Source: Candidatus Norongarragalinales archaeon
Lineage (GTDB): Archaea; Micrarchaeota; Micrarchaeia; Norongarragalinales; Norongarragalinaceae
Direction: 5' to 3'
Assembly: GCA_038884755.1 (NCBI GenBank)
Contig: JAWABJ010000001.1
Coordinates: forward strand, 480,001 to 544,000
DNA: 64,000 nt
Made by a program: the position numbers and the translations under genes. This document shows, piece after piece, positions 37,200 to 47,543 of the stretch (position 1 is the first letter of the stretch; each line of letters starts with the position of its first letter). The notes beneath the pieces were generated by a model that did no database searches, was not told where the DNA came from, and saw only the letters and a program-made list of their open reading frames with translations.

Positions 37200-38540
37200 C
37201 TAAGCTTTCACCTGCAATTTATTCTCCCATCTTCTTTCCGTGCCGACTATCTCGTGCACCATTCCAGAGAAATACACGAAGGAAATGAACATCGAGTACA
37301 AAGTCATGAAAACCACCATCGGCGGGATATGCAAAAGCTTGATTTTTTGCTTCGCAATTCCGAAGCTTATCCACACTATGTAAAGCCACACCATTATCGT
37401 AAAGAGGAAGAAGAACACGGAGGAGTTGATTATGGCGCCGGAGTATATGCCGAGGTTGGTGACGAGCGAAGCATCAACGCGCGCTACGCCTATTGCCCCC
37501 AAAAAGTCGTTGACGAAATTCCCGCCGTGAAGGAAAAGAATGCGCGATACCACTATCACGCCCAAAAGCTCGACTGCAAACGAAATCGGGTATACAAACC
37601 TCCCGAAATCGCCGTACTTCGAGTTGAAGAGCATATGGCGGTATTTCCGTCCGTTGAATATCTTTCCCCTCAACCAACGCAATCTTTGTTTGAAAAGCTT
37701 CCCCCAAGAATCTGGAACGTCCGTATGAACGACTGCGTCGGTGGTCAAGCGGATTTTGTAGCCTGCGGACTGCAAGTGCAAAGCTACCTCCATGTCTTCC
37801 GTGATGTTGCCCTCGTCGAAACCCCCTATTTTCTTTAGCGCATTAACGGAGTATACCGACATCGGGCCGGGGGTTACGATGAGCCCGTCGAGTTCTGCGA
37901 GGGCGGTGTGCCAAAAGCCGAAAGCAACGTAATATTCGATTTCCTGAATTTTCTGCACGAAATTCTTGGGTTTTTCGACGCACACCAACGCGGTTACGGC
38001 GCCAACGCCCTTGCCGTCGAACAAACGCACCATTTTCTTCAACGCATCGCGCGCGGGGTAAGTGTCTGAATCGATGCACGCGACTATTTCGCCCTTCGCC
38101 TTTCCTAACGCGAGGTTGAGCGAACGCGCTTTTCCCTGGTTGCTCGCGTGACGTATTATTTCGAGCGAAGGAAAGCGTTTTTTGAGGTCGTAAAGGATTT
38201 TCGCAGTCCCGTCCGTACTGGCGTCGTCCACTACCACGACCTGCAGTTTTTTCGGGTATTCCAGCGAGAACACGCTTTCAACGCAGCGCTCTATTGTTTT
38301 CGCGCTGTTGTAGCACGGGATTATCACGCTCGCCGCGGGGAATTTGTTCGAAAGCTTTTGCTCGCTTTTCTCCCAGAATTTTAATAGGTATACTACGGCA
38401 ACGTATACGAAGAGGAAGTTGGCAGTAAGGAAAATCACAAGGTACGGCACTACGGCGAAGAGCGCGTAGAAAAACGCGGCGAACAAGCTTACGACTAGCA
38501 GCGCGGAAAACCAAAAGCTGTTGCGCAACCCTTCGAGCAT
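37200..38540 (-). CDS. Processive GT2 glycosyltransferase (PgaC/cellulose-synthase-like)
   Basis: VDDASTD, IDSD, TED, QRLRW motif; flanking TM segments. Confidence 0.93.
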   Translation of the reverse strand: MLEGLRNSFWFSALLVVSLFAAFFYALFAVVPYLVIFLTANFLFVYVAVVYLLKFWEKSEQKLSNKFPAASVIIPCYNSAKTIERCVESVFSLEYPKKLQVVVVDDASTDGTAKILYDLKKRFPSLEIIRHASNQGKARSLNLALGKAKGEIVACIDSDTYPARDALKKMVRLFDGKGVGAVTALVCVEKPKNFVQKIQEIEYYVAFGFWHTALAELDGLIVTPGPMSVYSVNALKKIGGFDEGNITEDMEVALHLQSAGYKIRLTTDAVVHTDVPDSWGKLFKQRLRWLRGKIFNGRKYRHMLFNSKYGDFGRFVYPISFAVELLGVIVVSRILFLHGGNFVNDFLGAIGVARVDASLVTNLGIYSGAIINSSVFFFLFTIMVWLYIVWISFGIAKQKIKLLHIPPMVVFMTLYSMFISFVYFSGMVHEIVGTERRWENKLQVKA

Positions 38541-38602
38541 TTCACACCACACAAGCTGAAAACTAAGGCTTTGATTAAAACATATTATGGAAAAGCGGGG
38601 TT

Positions 38603-39331
38603 TTAAATTTCCCTTATTATCGCGTAGCGCTTGGTTTTGATGCCCAAAAGAAAGTTGAGAGTAGTTTTCCCCCAGTCCCACAACAAACCCGCCAGCCCGA
38701 ATTTCTTGAGACGGCGGTTGGAAGTATACGTGACGACGTTCTTGTCGTAAACCACTTTTCCCCTCTTAGCTATGCGCATGCACAAGTCTTGGTCTTCGCT
38801 CGCTTCCATTTCCTCGTCGAAACCGCCGACCGCGTCGAAGTCTTTCTTCTTGTAGGCGGCGGCGTTGCCTGCAATCACGGGCCGCCCTAAAAGCGTCGCT
38901 ACTTCCACAATCAAATTGAATATTTCGAAAACCCAGTTTTGCAGGAAAGTAGCGTCTTTCGGCATTACTTTCCCGCCGAACCCGACTACTGAGGGTTTGG
39001 AAAACTCCTGCTTCATGCGGTCGAAAAACGCCTTTGGTGGGATGTTGTCGGCGTCGCAAAATACAATCCACGGGTGTTTAGCGTGGCGCGCGCCGGCGTT
39101 GCGCCCGGCGCCTATCGAAGGACGGATTTTCTTGCGCCCGTTCTCGAGGCAAACCTTGTCCGCGAGTTTTTTCGCTATCGCGACGGTCTTGTCCGAACTC
39201 CCTCCATCCGCGACTATCACTTGAGAGTAAGGAAGGGTTTTGCGCAACGCGCGAAGGGTGTTCCCGATGTTTTTTTCTTCATTCAGGGTGGGAATCACTA
39301 CGGAAATTCCAGCGGGACGGTGGTTTTTCAT
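38603..39331 (-). CDS. GT2 glycosyltransferase
   Basis: ISVVIPTLNEE, ADGGSSD, FCDAD, GGFDE...EDQD. Confidence 0.93.
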   Translation of the reverse strand: MKNHRPAGISVVIPTLNEEKNIGNTLRALRKTLPYSQVIVADGGSSDKTVAIAKKLADKVCLENGRKKIRPSIGAGRNAGARHAKHPWIVFCDADNIPPKAFFDRMKQEFSKPSVVGFGGKVMPKDATFLQNWVFEIFNLIVEVATLLGRPVIAGNAAAYKKKDFDAVGGFDEEMEASEDQDLCMRIAKRGKVVYDKNVVTYTSNRRLKKFGLAGLLWDWGKTTLNFLLGIKTKRYAIIREI

Positions 39332-39446
39332 TGGAAATGCAAAGTTTAGAAAGCGGAGCGGAAAGAAAAGCTTTTTGCATCGGAAAAAGGTCGTTCAAAG
39401 GAAAAAAATAAATTCCCCTTTTCTCTGCGTTATTCGCGGGATTGGC

Positions 39447-39644
39447 ATGCTTGATTGGCGGGTGGTACTGGTTTTCGGGGCCGTGATAATAATGTGCGGA
39501 GCCATTTCCATGGCGTATTACTTTGTGATGACGAGCACCACGCCTTTCTCCGCGACCCCGCTTTCGGGTTCACTCGCGCCCCAGCCGCAGGCCGAACGCG
39601 GACCTTCAAAGGCGATAGGCTACGTTACCCTGACGGTCACCTGA
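39447..39644 (+). CDS. 65-aa membrane-anchored peptide ending in a beta-strand
   Basis: N-terminal TM, S/T/P linker, C-terminal AIGYVTLTVT. Confidence 0.65.
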   Translation: MLDWRVVLVFGAVIIMCGAISMAYYFVMTSTTPFSATPLSGSLAPQPQAERGPSKAIGYVTLTVT

Positions 39645-39724
39645 GTTTCCACCGCTTTCTTTTCAACAGCTTTTTAAAAGCAGAGTGAGTTGTCTTACTA
39701 TCAAGAGTGAGAGGCTAGAGTAAA

Positions 39725-40993
39725 GTGGAAACCGCCAGAAAGGCACTGCTTTTACTGTTATTGCTGGTCGTGCTTTCAAACAGTGTTTTTTCAGTGGGCA
39801 TAAGGCCCGCGCGCCTCGTTTACCCCTTCCAGGAAGGAAGAGAATTGGGCATGGACTATACGATAATAAACCGCGGTCCCGTCGGCGCGCGTTTTGCGGT
39901 TTACACTTGCGGCACGTTTTTCGACAAAATCGAAATTTCAAGCGTTTCTTCAACGGTTTTTTCCGACAGGGATTGCACTGCAGCGCAGAGGAAGGTCATA
40001 GCCCAGCTTGAGAACGGCGACATTACGCTGGACGAGGCGGGCGTGTTCTTGAATCCGCGCGAGGAGAAAATGATCCAGGCGAAAATAAAACTTCCTTCGG
40101 TCGGGGGCTTCGAGCCGGGAATAGTCGAAACGAGGATAGGCGCGGTTGACTTGCCGTTGACGTTCAAGCCGGGCGAAACGGTCGTGGGCGGCATCGCAGC
40201 CGTTGAAGCGCAGTTGTGGCTGAAAGTGCCTTATCCCGGAAAGCGTTTCGTGATTTCGCCCGCCACTGAAGACGTGGAGTGGGGCAAGAAAGCGAAAGTG
40301 AGGGTTTCCGTTACGAGCGAAGGAAGCGAAGATGTGAAAAACGCTGTTTTAACCGTGGACATTCTCGACTCGCAGGGAGTGCGCAAGGACAGGATTGTTT
40401 TCGACGCCAAGGACATCGCTTCCGGAGAAAGCGTGGAGTACTCCACGTTGTGGGACACCAAGCAAGTGGAGCCGGGCACTTACACGCTGTTGTTCAGGCT
40501 TTCTTTCGAGGGGCAGGCGGTCACCCAGGAAGCCCAGTTCAGGATAGGCGGGCTTGACGTGCGGGTTTCAAGCGTGGAAGCGCAGGCTGTGGCGAAAGGC
40601 GGGATTGCGAAGATAATAGTTTCGGCGGAAAGCAAGTGGGGAGACGCTATTCCCGGCATTTACGCCGACATTCTCGTGAACGACGCGGCCGGGAAAAGCC
40701 TGGTTTCGCTGAAAACCAGGTCGGAGGAAATAGGGCCGTTCGGAAGGTCGGTTTTGGAAGCGTTTTGGGAAACCGGAGACGCGCCTTCGGGAAAATACGA
40801 CTTGCTCGTCACGCTGCATTATTCCAACAAGACTTCGGAAGGCAAGGGCGCGGTTGAAATCATGGAAAGCGTTTCGCAGCAAACGCCGGTAGAATACGTC
40901 GCTCTCGCGGTAGTAGTCATCCTGTTGATTGTAGGCGCGTGGTTTTTGAGGGGCAGGGTAAAAATCGAGCCCGAGCAGAAGAAACAGCGTTAG
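39725..40993 (+). CDS. Exported multi-Ig-like protein with C-terminal TM
   Basis: Signal peptide; VGIRPA start; two repeats ending WDT...PGTY / WET...SGKY; TM plus basic tail. Confidence 0.8.
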   Translation: METARKALLLLLLLVVLSNSVFSVGIRPARLVYPFQEGRELGMDYTIINRGPVGARFAVYTCGTFFDKIEISSVSSTVFSDRDCTAAQRKVIAQLENGDITLDEAGVFLNPREEKMIQAKIKLPSVGGFEPGIVETRIGAVDLPLTFKPGETVVGGIAAVEAQLWLKVPYPGKRFVISPATEDVEWGKKAKVRVSVTSEGSEDVKNAVLTVDILDSQGVRKDRIVFDAKDIASGESVEYSTLWDTKQVEPGTYTLLFRLSFEGQAVTQEAQFRIGGLDVRVSSVEAQAVAKGGIAKIIVSAESKWGDAIPGIYADILVNDAAGKSLVSLKTRSEEIGPFGRSVLEAFWETGDAPSGKYDLLVTLHYSNKTSEGKGAVEIMESVSQQTPVEYVALAVVVILLIVGAWFLRGRVKIEPEQKKQR

Positions 40994-41046
40994 GCGAGCT
41001 GGCAAAGCAAAACCGTATTTAAGGCGCGGAAGCTATTTTTCAAATC

Positions 41047-41463
41047 ATGGACAAGGCGCAAACTCAGTTTTACTCCGCGGCGCTGATTGCAATTTCCTTC
41101 GCTATCCTGGCGCTCGGCATGGGCTTGCTGTCGCAAAAAAACTTTTTCAAAACCACGCTGCCCATGCACTTGAGCGTGAGCGAACCGGGAGTGCTGGGCT
41201 TCAACGTTTCCGAATCCCTCGAGTTCGGCGCAATTCCGCCCGGAGCTGGAGGAAGGAAAGTGGTTTTCATCACTAACAACTTTAACTCCGAAAAGACAAT
41301 GTTCCTGCGCGCTTACGGCGGGATTGCAAGTTGGATTTCGGTTTCCCAAAACGGCGTTTCCGTACGCCCAGGCCAGACTTTGAACGTTAGCGTGGTAGCG
41401 CTCGTCCCGCCTTACGCTGCAAAAGGCGATTACTACGGCATTCTGGAAATAACGCTAGGCTGA
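41047..41463 (+). CDS. Small membrane-anchored beta-sandwich protein
   Basis: N-terminal TM; LGFNVSESLEFGAIPPG...VPPYAAKGDYYGILEI. Confidence 0.78.
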   Translation: MDKAQTQFYSAALIAISFAILALGMGLLSQKNFFKTTLPMHLSVSEPGVLGFNVSESLEFGAIPPGAGGRKVVFITNNFNSEKTMFLRAYGGIASWISVSQNGVSVRPGQTLNVSVVALVPPYAAKGDYYGILEITLG

Positions 41464-41488
41464 AAAAAACAAACGAAGCAAAGGGGAT

Positions 41489-42649
41489 TCAGAATTTCCT
41501 GTAAAACTTTTCGTAGCTTTTCGCGGTCTCGTCCCAAGTGAATTTCTTGACGGCTATTTTCCGCCCTTCCGCGCCCATTTTCCTCGCGGTCTTCTTGTTT
41601 TGCAGGAGGAAGGTTATGCGCTGGGCCAGCGCCCTCGCGTCGCGCGGCTGCACGAGAAAACCGTTTTTCCCGTGCTCGATTATTTCGGGAATCCCGCCGA
41701 TGTCCGTTCCAACCACGGGCTTTCCGGTCGCCATTGCTTCGACCACGACTATTCCGAACGGCTCCCACAGTGAAGGCAGCACAAAGCAGTCGCAAGCGGC
41801 GTACAGCGCGGCCAAGTCTTTCTCGGAAAACCGTTCGGCTAGGAAAGAAATTTTTTCTTCCACGCCGAGCTTTTTCGCCTTCGCCTGCAAGTGTTCCAGC
41901 AAAGGCCCCCTCCCCAAAAGAACGAAGTGGGCTTTCCCGCCGAGCTCCTTATCCACTAGCGGAATCGCGTCAAGCAAATAATCCAGCCCCTTTTGCTCAA
42001 CCAGGCGGCACACGGTCAAAACTATTTCCTTTCCTTCTGCACCCACCAAGTCCTTCAAAATCCTCTGCCCGGAATTGCGGGGGTTGAACGCGCCCGTGTC
42101 CACGCCGTTGTAAACCACTTGCATGGGCACGCGGGTTCCTTCCGGCACGGTGATGTCGAGCGTGTTCTTGCTCACGCCCGCAATGGCGTCGCAATTCTGC
42201 ATTATCTTCCGCCCGTAAACGTCGTCGTACAACCCGCCCACCAAGTCCGTCGGCAGGTCTATGCCCTGCGGGCGGGCGTTGTGCAAGGTGAGCGCCAGTT
42301 TTTTCTTCAGGATTTTTTTGACCGTGAAGATTTCGAACATGCTGTAGACGAAGCGGTTGTGAATGTGCACTACGTCCGCTTGCTTCGCTTCTTCCACCAA
42401 GTCTGGCCATGGAAGCAGGTATAGGGGGACTGGCGGGGGAAGCGGATGGGGAAGCCACGTCAGGACCGCTGCAGGCATCCTCACTATTCGCACGCCTTGG
42501 AATTCTTCCTCGCGCTTGGTGTGCGGCAGCATCGACGTGAGCACGGTGACCTCGTGCTTTCGCGCGAGCCGCCTGCACGCTTCGAACAAGTGCTTTTCAG
42601 TTCCGCCTGAGTAAGGGTAGTAGAAAGGGTTGAGCATCAGCAAGCGCAC
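41489..42649 (-). CDS. GT4 glycosyltransferase
   Basis: YPYSGGTE, RLVEQKG, EPFGIVVVEAMATGKPVV. Confidence 0.94.
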   Translation of the reverse strand: MRLLMLNPFYYPYSGGTEKHLFEACRRLARKHEVTVLTSMLPHTKREEEFQGVRIVRMPAAVLTWLPHPLPPPVPLYLLPWPDLVEEAKQADVVHIHNRFVYSMFEIFTVKKILKKKLALTLHNARPQGIDLPTDLVGGLYDDVYGRKIMQNCDAIAGVSKNTLDITVPEGTRVPMQVVYNGVDTGAFNPRNSGQRILKDLVGAEGKEIVLTVCRLVEQKGLDYLLDAIPLVDKELGGKAHFVLLGRGPLLEHLQAKAKKLGVEEKISFLAERFSEKDLAALYAACDCFVLPSLWEPFGIVVVEAMATGKPVVGTDIGGIPEIIEHGKNGFLVQPRDARALAQRITFLLQNKKTARKMGAEGRKIAVKKFTWDETAKSYEKFYRKF

Positions 42650-42702
42650 TGCAATTCACCGCGTCCGCAAGCGGACAGAATTAGTAAAGTGGAAGGCTCG
42701 TT

Positions 42703-43983
42703 TTAAACTTCGTGCTTTTCGCCTAACGCCGGGGCGAAAGCCTCGAAACCGTCCTTTTCGCGCAAGTCTTTCGCAAAAGCCTCGCAAGAATCTCCGTGCA
42801 CGCAATACACTTTCTCCGGATTCATTTTTTTAATCGCCTCGCGCAGTTGCTTTGCGCTCGCGTGGGCGGAAAAATCGAAGTGCTCGAAAGGCATTTGCAC
42901 GTTGATTTCTCCGCCGTCTACCAAAAGCTTTTGCCCGTCCAAAAGCCTGCGTCCGTTGGTTCCTTCCACTTGGAATCCAGTGAGGAAAATCTTTCCCTTC
43001 CCGCTCTTGTTCAAAAAACTCAAGTAATTCAGTATAGGCCCTCCCTCGAGCATTCCGCTCGTGGTAAGAATTACGCACGGTTTTTCTGCTATGCGCTTTC
43101 TCATCGAACGGCCGCTGACGAATGAAGTACCTTGAAGCGCTTGGGAAAAAGCCTTGTAGTTTTTCACGTAGGAAGGATAGTCGGCGAGAAGGGTGCACAC
43201 TTTCTGCGACATGCCATCCAAATACACTTTCACTCCCGAGCGCAACAGCGCTTTTAGAACGAGCAGAATTTCCTGGCTTCGACCTACTGCGAATGATGAA
43301 ATGAGTGCGACGTGCCCGTCTGCAACACAATCTTCAACCTTGCCGATAAACCTTTTTTCCAGCGCCTTGCGTTCGGTGTGCTCTTTGAACGCGTAAGTGC
43401 TTTCCAAAACCAACGCATCTACGTTCTCGTCGGGAAACCGGGCTTTGGAAAGCAGGCGCGTTTCGGAAGAATTGAAATCGCCCGTGTAAAAAACGCGTTT
43501 TTTCTTTCCGCTTTTCTTGGATTCGAAGAATATTCCCGCGCTGCCGGGAATGTGTCCCGCATCGTAAAACTCGAATTTCGAAGAATCGAAAAACTCGTAC
43601 GGCGTGTTGTAGGAAATGGGAGTGAACTTTCGGTAGAGCTTGATGGTGTCGGCGCGCTTGTAAGGCAATTGGTGGCCGTTGATTTGCGCCAGTTTTTCCG
43701 AATCCTCGAGCAAGAGCGTGGTCATGGGGATTGTAGGGAAAGTGCAGAAAGTCGGGAGGCTCGCGTGCTTGTACAAAACCGGCAGCCCGCCGGAATGGTC
43801 CAAGTGCGCGTGGGAAAGGATGCAAGCGTCGAAACGCTCACGCCCGAGTGCAGGCGGTTCGTTGTGGTCGTGCACTTTCATGCCGCAGTCGAGCGCAACC
43901 CGCAATTCGCCTGTTTCCACCGCAATACAGCTTTTGCCCACTTCGCGCGCGGCGCCCAAAAAACGCAGTTCCAAAAAAATCAA
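42703..43983 (-). CDS. Beta-CASP metallo-beta-lactamase ribonuclease (aCPSF2-like)
   Basis: FLGAAREVGKS, SHAHLDHSG, AGHIPGS, YTGD, ESTY, FSAHA, VHGD. Confidence 0.93.
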   Translation of the reverse strand: MIFLELRFLGAAREVGKSCIAVETGELRVALDCGMKVHDHNEPPALGRERFDACILSHAHLDHSGGLPVLYKHASLPTFCTFPTIPMTTLLLEDSEKLAQINGHQLPYKRADTIKLYRKFTPISYNTPYEFFDSSKFEFYDAGHIPGSAGIFFESKKSGKKKRVFYTGDFNSSETRLLSKARFPDENVDALVLESTYAFKEHTERKALEKRFIGKVEDCVADGHVALISSFAVGRSQEILLVLKALLRSGVKVYLDGMSQKVCTLLADYPSYVKNYKAFSQALQGTSFVSGRSMRKRIAEKPCVILTTSGMLEGGPILNYLSFLNKSGKGKIFLTGFQVEGTNGRRLLDGQKLLVDGGEINVQMPFEHFDFSAHASAKQLREAIKKMNPEKVYCVHGDSCEAFAKDLREKDGFEAFAPALGEKHEV

Positions 43984-44058
43984 TTCCTCGAGCGGGTTGA
44001 ATATGCGAGCATTACTGGCGTGAAAGGTATAAAACTTTTGCCGGGGCGGAAAAACCCG

Positions 44059-44370
44059 TTAAATCTCGAATCTCTTGGGCTTTTTTTCTTTTTCCTCTTC
44101 CTGCGAAGTCTGTTTTGGAGCGTGACGGGCAACCAACTCTGCAATAACTGCGTTATAGCCTCCCGCTCGGGGGAAAAGGGCGGGATGCTCTTGCTCGAAC
44201 TTCCGGATTGCCTGGCGTATGGAGGCGACCATGGGCATCGGAGGTTCGCTGGCGTTCAACTGCTGCATTGCGCTAGCCGCCTGGCGGGCAGAATGTCGTA
44301 TGTCGGCATTTTCGCTCAGATGGTCGGCAAGCTCAGATGGAGTGAAGCGCGGTCCCGTCGCCTCACGCAT
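44059..44370 (-). CDS. Hypothetical protein
   Basis: Fills the gap between flanking genes; helical and charged; no recognisable motif; start uncertain. Confidence 0.5.
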   Translation of the reverse strand: MREATGPRFTPSELADHLSENADIRHSARQAASAMQQLNASEPPMPMVASIRQAIRKFEQEHPALFPRAGGYNAVIAELVARHAPKQTSQEEEKEKKPKRFEI

Positions 44371-44491
44371 TCTCAAACGATTTTCTTCCAAAACAACGCA
44401 CCTAAAAAAAAACAAAGTTGAAACGCGTATAAAACCTTCGCTTACGCACATAACACCGAACGCTTTTATTTGCGGGAAAGTTATTGTAGTC

Positions 44492-45145
44492 ATGCGGCTG
44501 TTGGACTATTCGCAAACGCGCGCGCTGTTGCAAAAGCACGGCATCGCTTGCGCAAAAGGAGTTTACTGCGCCGGCGCGGACGAGGTTTTGAAGGAAAGCA
44601 AAACCGTGCCCAAACCGTGGGTTTTGAAAGTCATGGGAAAAAACGTCCTCCACAAGACGGAAAAAAGCCTTATTGCACTTGATCTGCACGATTTCGAGCA
44701 CTTGTACCACGCGGCGCAAAGGCTTGAGGCAAACGCTCGTTCCGCGGGGTTAGGCAAAGGCGAGTGGGGGTTCCTGCTTCAAAGCAAAATCAACGGCGTG
44801 GAACTCATAATAGGAGGCAAGCGCGATGCGGCTTTCGGAAAGACGGTTTTGTTCGGAAGCGGGGGTGTTGCCGTGGAGTTGTTCAAAGATTTTTCCACGC
44901 GCGTGTGCCCCATTGCGGAGAGCGACGCGCTGGAAATGATTGAGGAAACCAAAGCCTCAGCGTATTTCACGAGAGAAGGGTTCAGGGGAAGGAAGGCGAG
45001 CAGGCAAAAGATAGTGGAATTGCTTTTGAAAACGAGCGGATTGCTCGAAAGCGAAAAGCAAATAGAAAGCCTGGACTTCAACCCAGTGATTGCCGACGCG
45101 CAAAACGCGTGGGTTGTCGACGCCAAGATAACGGTGGGAGAATGA
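44492..45145 (+). CDS. acdB: ADP-forming acetyl-CoA synthetase, beta (ATP-grasp) subunit
   Basis: WVLKV...HKTE, ELIIGGKRDAAFG, GSGGVAVELFKD, LDFNPV, VDAKI. Confidence 0.9.
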   Translation: MRLLDYSQTRALLQKHGIACAKGVYCAGADEVLKESKTVPKPWVLKVMGKNVLHKTEKSLIALDLHDFEHLYHAAQRLEANARSAGLGKGEWGFLLQSKINGVELIIGGKRDAAFGKTVLFGSGGVAVELFKDFSTRVCPIAESDALEMIEETKASAYFTREGFRGRKASRQKIVELLLKTSGLLESEKQIESLDFNPVIADAQNAWVVDAKITVGE

Positions 45146-46155
45146 AAACGAGCATAGGGTTTTTTGACACTACGCCCGAAGACGAGGCTTACTTCAAGAA
45201 AACGCTGAAGCAATTCAAGCTGGTATTCTGCGGCGAGTTGAACGAGCGGAACATAGCCAAAGCCGCGTCGTGCAAGGTAATCTCGTGCTTTGCGCTTGCG
45301 AAAACGCGGCTCGACGGGAAAGTGCTTCCGAAAATGCCTTTTCTCAAGCTCATAGCCACGCGCTCGACCGGATTCGACCACATCGACTTGCAAGAATGCA
45401 GGAAGCGCGGGATAACGGTTGAAACCGTTCCTTCGTACGGCGACAACACTGTCGCCGAACACGCGTTCGCGCTTACGCTGGCGTTGTCGCGGAAGATAAT
45501 CGAGGCGAACGAGCGCGTGAGGAAAGGCGATTTCAGCGTGGAAGGGCTTACTGGATTCGACTTGGAAGGAAAGACCATCGGCATAATAGGAACGGGAAGG
45601 ATAGGAGCGAACGTCGCGCGCATAGCGCACGGCTTCGGAATGAAAATCCTCGCTTTCGACATGCGAAAAAACTCGGAACTGGAAAGGAAATACGGGGTCA
45701 AGTACGTCCCGCTCGCGGCAGTGCTTAAAAACGCAGACGTGATAACCCTGCACGTTCCCTTGAACGACAAGACGCACCACTTGGTGAACAAGCGCAACAT
45801 CCGCCTTGTGAAAAAAGGCGCGATTCTCGTCAACACTTCGAGGGGCGCGGTGGTGGAAACCAAAGCGCTGCTGGAAGGGCTGAGCAAAGGCATTCTTTCA
45901 GGCGCGGCGTTGGACGTTTTGGAAGAGGAAGGCACGCTACGCGACGAAGACGAGGTTTTGAAGGCGATTCAAGGCAACCACCAAGAGGTTTTGAAAACCA
46001 TGCTGGAAAACCACATTTTACTCAAGTGGAACAACGTCTTGATTACGCCGCACATCGCATTCAATTCGAGGGAAGCTTTGCACAGGATAAGGCAGACTAC
46101 CGCCGAAAACATCAAGGCGTTCGTGAAAGGAAAGAAACAGAATGCGGTGTGCTGA
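45142..46155 (+). CDS. D-2-hydroxyacid dehydrogenase (D-lactate dehydrogenase-like)
   Basis: TRSTGFDHID, VPSYG..VAEH, GTGRIG, LHVPL, NTSRG, DVLEEE, TPHIAF. Confidence 0.92.
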   Translation: MKTSIGFFDTTPEDEAYFKKTLKQFKLVFCGELNERNIAKAASCKVISCFALAKTRLDGKVLPKMPFLKLIATRSTGFDHIDLQECRKRGITVETVPSYGDNTVAEHAFALTLALSRKIIEANERVRKGDFSVEGLTGFDLEGKTIGIIGTGRIGANVARIAHGFGMKILAFDMRKNSELERKYGVKYVPLAAVLKNADVITLHVPLNDKTHHLVNKRNIRLVKKGAILVNTSRGAVVETKALLEGLSKGILSGAALDVLEEEGTLRDEDEVLKAIQGNHQEVLKTMLENHILLKWNNVLITPHIAFNSREALHRIRQTTAENIKAFVKGKKQNAVC

Positions 46156-47518
46156 AGTGAATTTGGATTGTTTGCTCGAGCCGAAGAGCATCGCGGTGGT
46201 TGGCGCTTCCGACGAGAAGGACAGCGTGGGCTACGGAATCATGGCTTCGCTCTTGAAAGGGAGCGTTTTCCCGTCTAAATACGCCAAGCCCTTTAAAGGA
46301 AAAGTGTTTGCGGTCAACCCGCACCACACGAAAATAATGGGACTGAAGGCGTATGCCAGCGTTTTGGGCGTAAAGGAAAAAATCGGCTTGGCGGTAATCG
46401 CCGTTCCCGCGCAAATCGTGCCGCAGGTTTTGCGCGAGTGCGGGGAAAAAAAAATCCCGGCCGCCATCGTGATTTCTTCAGGATTCGGCGAAACCGGAAA
46501 CAAAAGCCTTGAAACGCAAGTTGAAAGAACGGCGAGGGAAAACGACATCGCACTGCTCGGCCCGAACACGGTTGGCTTGATGGTTCCAGGCGTTTTCAAC
46601 GCTTCTTTCGCGCTGAGCGTGCCTAAAGCCGGGAACGTGGCTTTCGTTTCGCAAAGCGGGGCGCTGGCCGACAGCGTGATAGATTGGGCGCTCGAAGACT
46701 TGTTCCCTTTCAGGGCGATAGTCGGGTTGGGCAACAAGACCGTTTTGGACGAAAGCGATTTCACCAGGCATTTTGCCGACGACGATAAAACCAAGGTAAT
46801 TGCATTGTACTTGGAGGGAGTGAAAGACGGGAGGAAGTTTTTGCAGTCGCTGCGCTACGCGCGTGCCAAGGGAAAGACAGTCGTGGTTTTGAAAGGCGGG
46901 GTGGGAAGGAAAGGCGTCGAGGCGGCGCAAACGCACACCGCCAGCCTGGCGGGCGACGATTCGGTTTTCGAAGGCGCGTTGAAGCAGGCGAAAGCCAAAA
47001 GGGCGTACTCCCTGGAAGAGCTTTTCGAACTTTCGAAGGCGTTGAGCATGCAACCTCGCGCAAAGAAAAACGCCATCGCAATAATAACCAACGGAGGAGG
47101 GGCGGGCGTGTTGTGCGCCGACGCGTGCGAAAAGCACGGTGTGAAGCTCGCCGAGCTCGACCCGCTAACAATCTCCAAGCTCAACCCGTTCATGCACAAA
47201 GCCTGGTCGCGCGCGAACCCCGTTGATTTAATCGGGGACGCTTTGCCCCAGCGTTACGAAAAAGCTTTGGAAGTCTTGCTTTCCGACCGGAATGTCGGCG
47301 GGGCGATAGTGATACAAACGCTGCAAACCATGACCAAGCCAGAGGAAGACGCGCGGGTTGTCGTGCGCATGGCAAGAAAATTCGAAAAGCCAGTCGTAAG
47401 CGTGTTCATGGGCGGGCTTTACACGAAAAAAAGCATCCGCATCCTGCACGAAAACTCTATTCCCAACTACAACGACCCGGTAAAAGCCGCGAAAGCCATG
47501 TCCCGCCTAGTGGAATAG
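46142..47518 (+). CDS. acdA: ADP-forming acetyl-CoA synthetase, alpha subunit
   Basis: PKSIAVVGAS, SSGFGE, GPNTVG, SQSGA, HTASLAG, TNGGGAG, NPVDLIGDA. Confidence 0.94.
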   Translation: MRCAEVNLDCLLEPKSIAVVGASDEKDSVGYGIMASLLKGSVFPSKYAKPFKGKVFAVNPHHTKIMGLKAYASVLGVKEKIGLAVIAVPAQIVPQVLRECGEKKIPAAIVISSGFGETGNKSLETQVERTARENDIALLGPNTVGLMVPGVFNASFALSVPKAGNVAFVSQSGALADSVIDWALEDLFPFRAIVGLGNKTVLDESDFTRHFADDDKTKVIALYLEGVKDGRKFLQSLRYARAKGKTVVVLKGGVGRKGVEAAQTHTASLAGDDSVFEGALKQAKAKRAYSLEELFELSKALSMQPRAKKNAIAIITNGGGAGVLCADACEKHGVKLAELDPLTISKLNPFMHKAWSRANPVDLIGDALPQRYEKALEVLLSDRNVGGAIVIQTLQTMTKPEEDARVVVRMARKFEKPVVSVFMGGLYTKKSIRILHENSIPNYNDPVKAAKAMSRLVE

Positions 47519-47543
47519 CCGCGCGAATAAAAAGCGAAATCAA

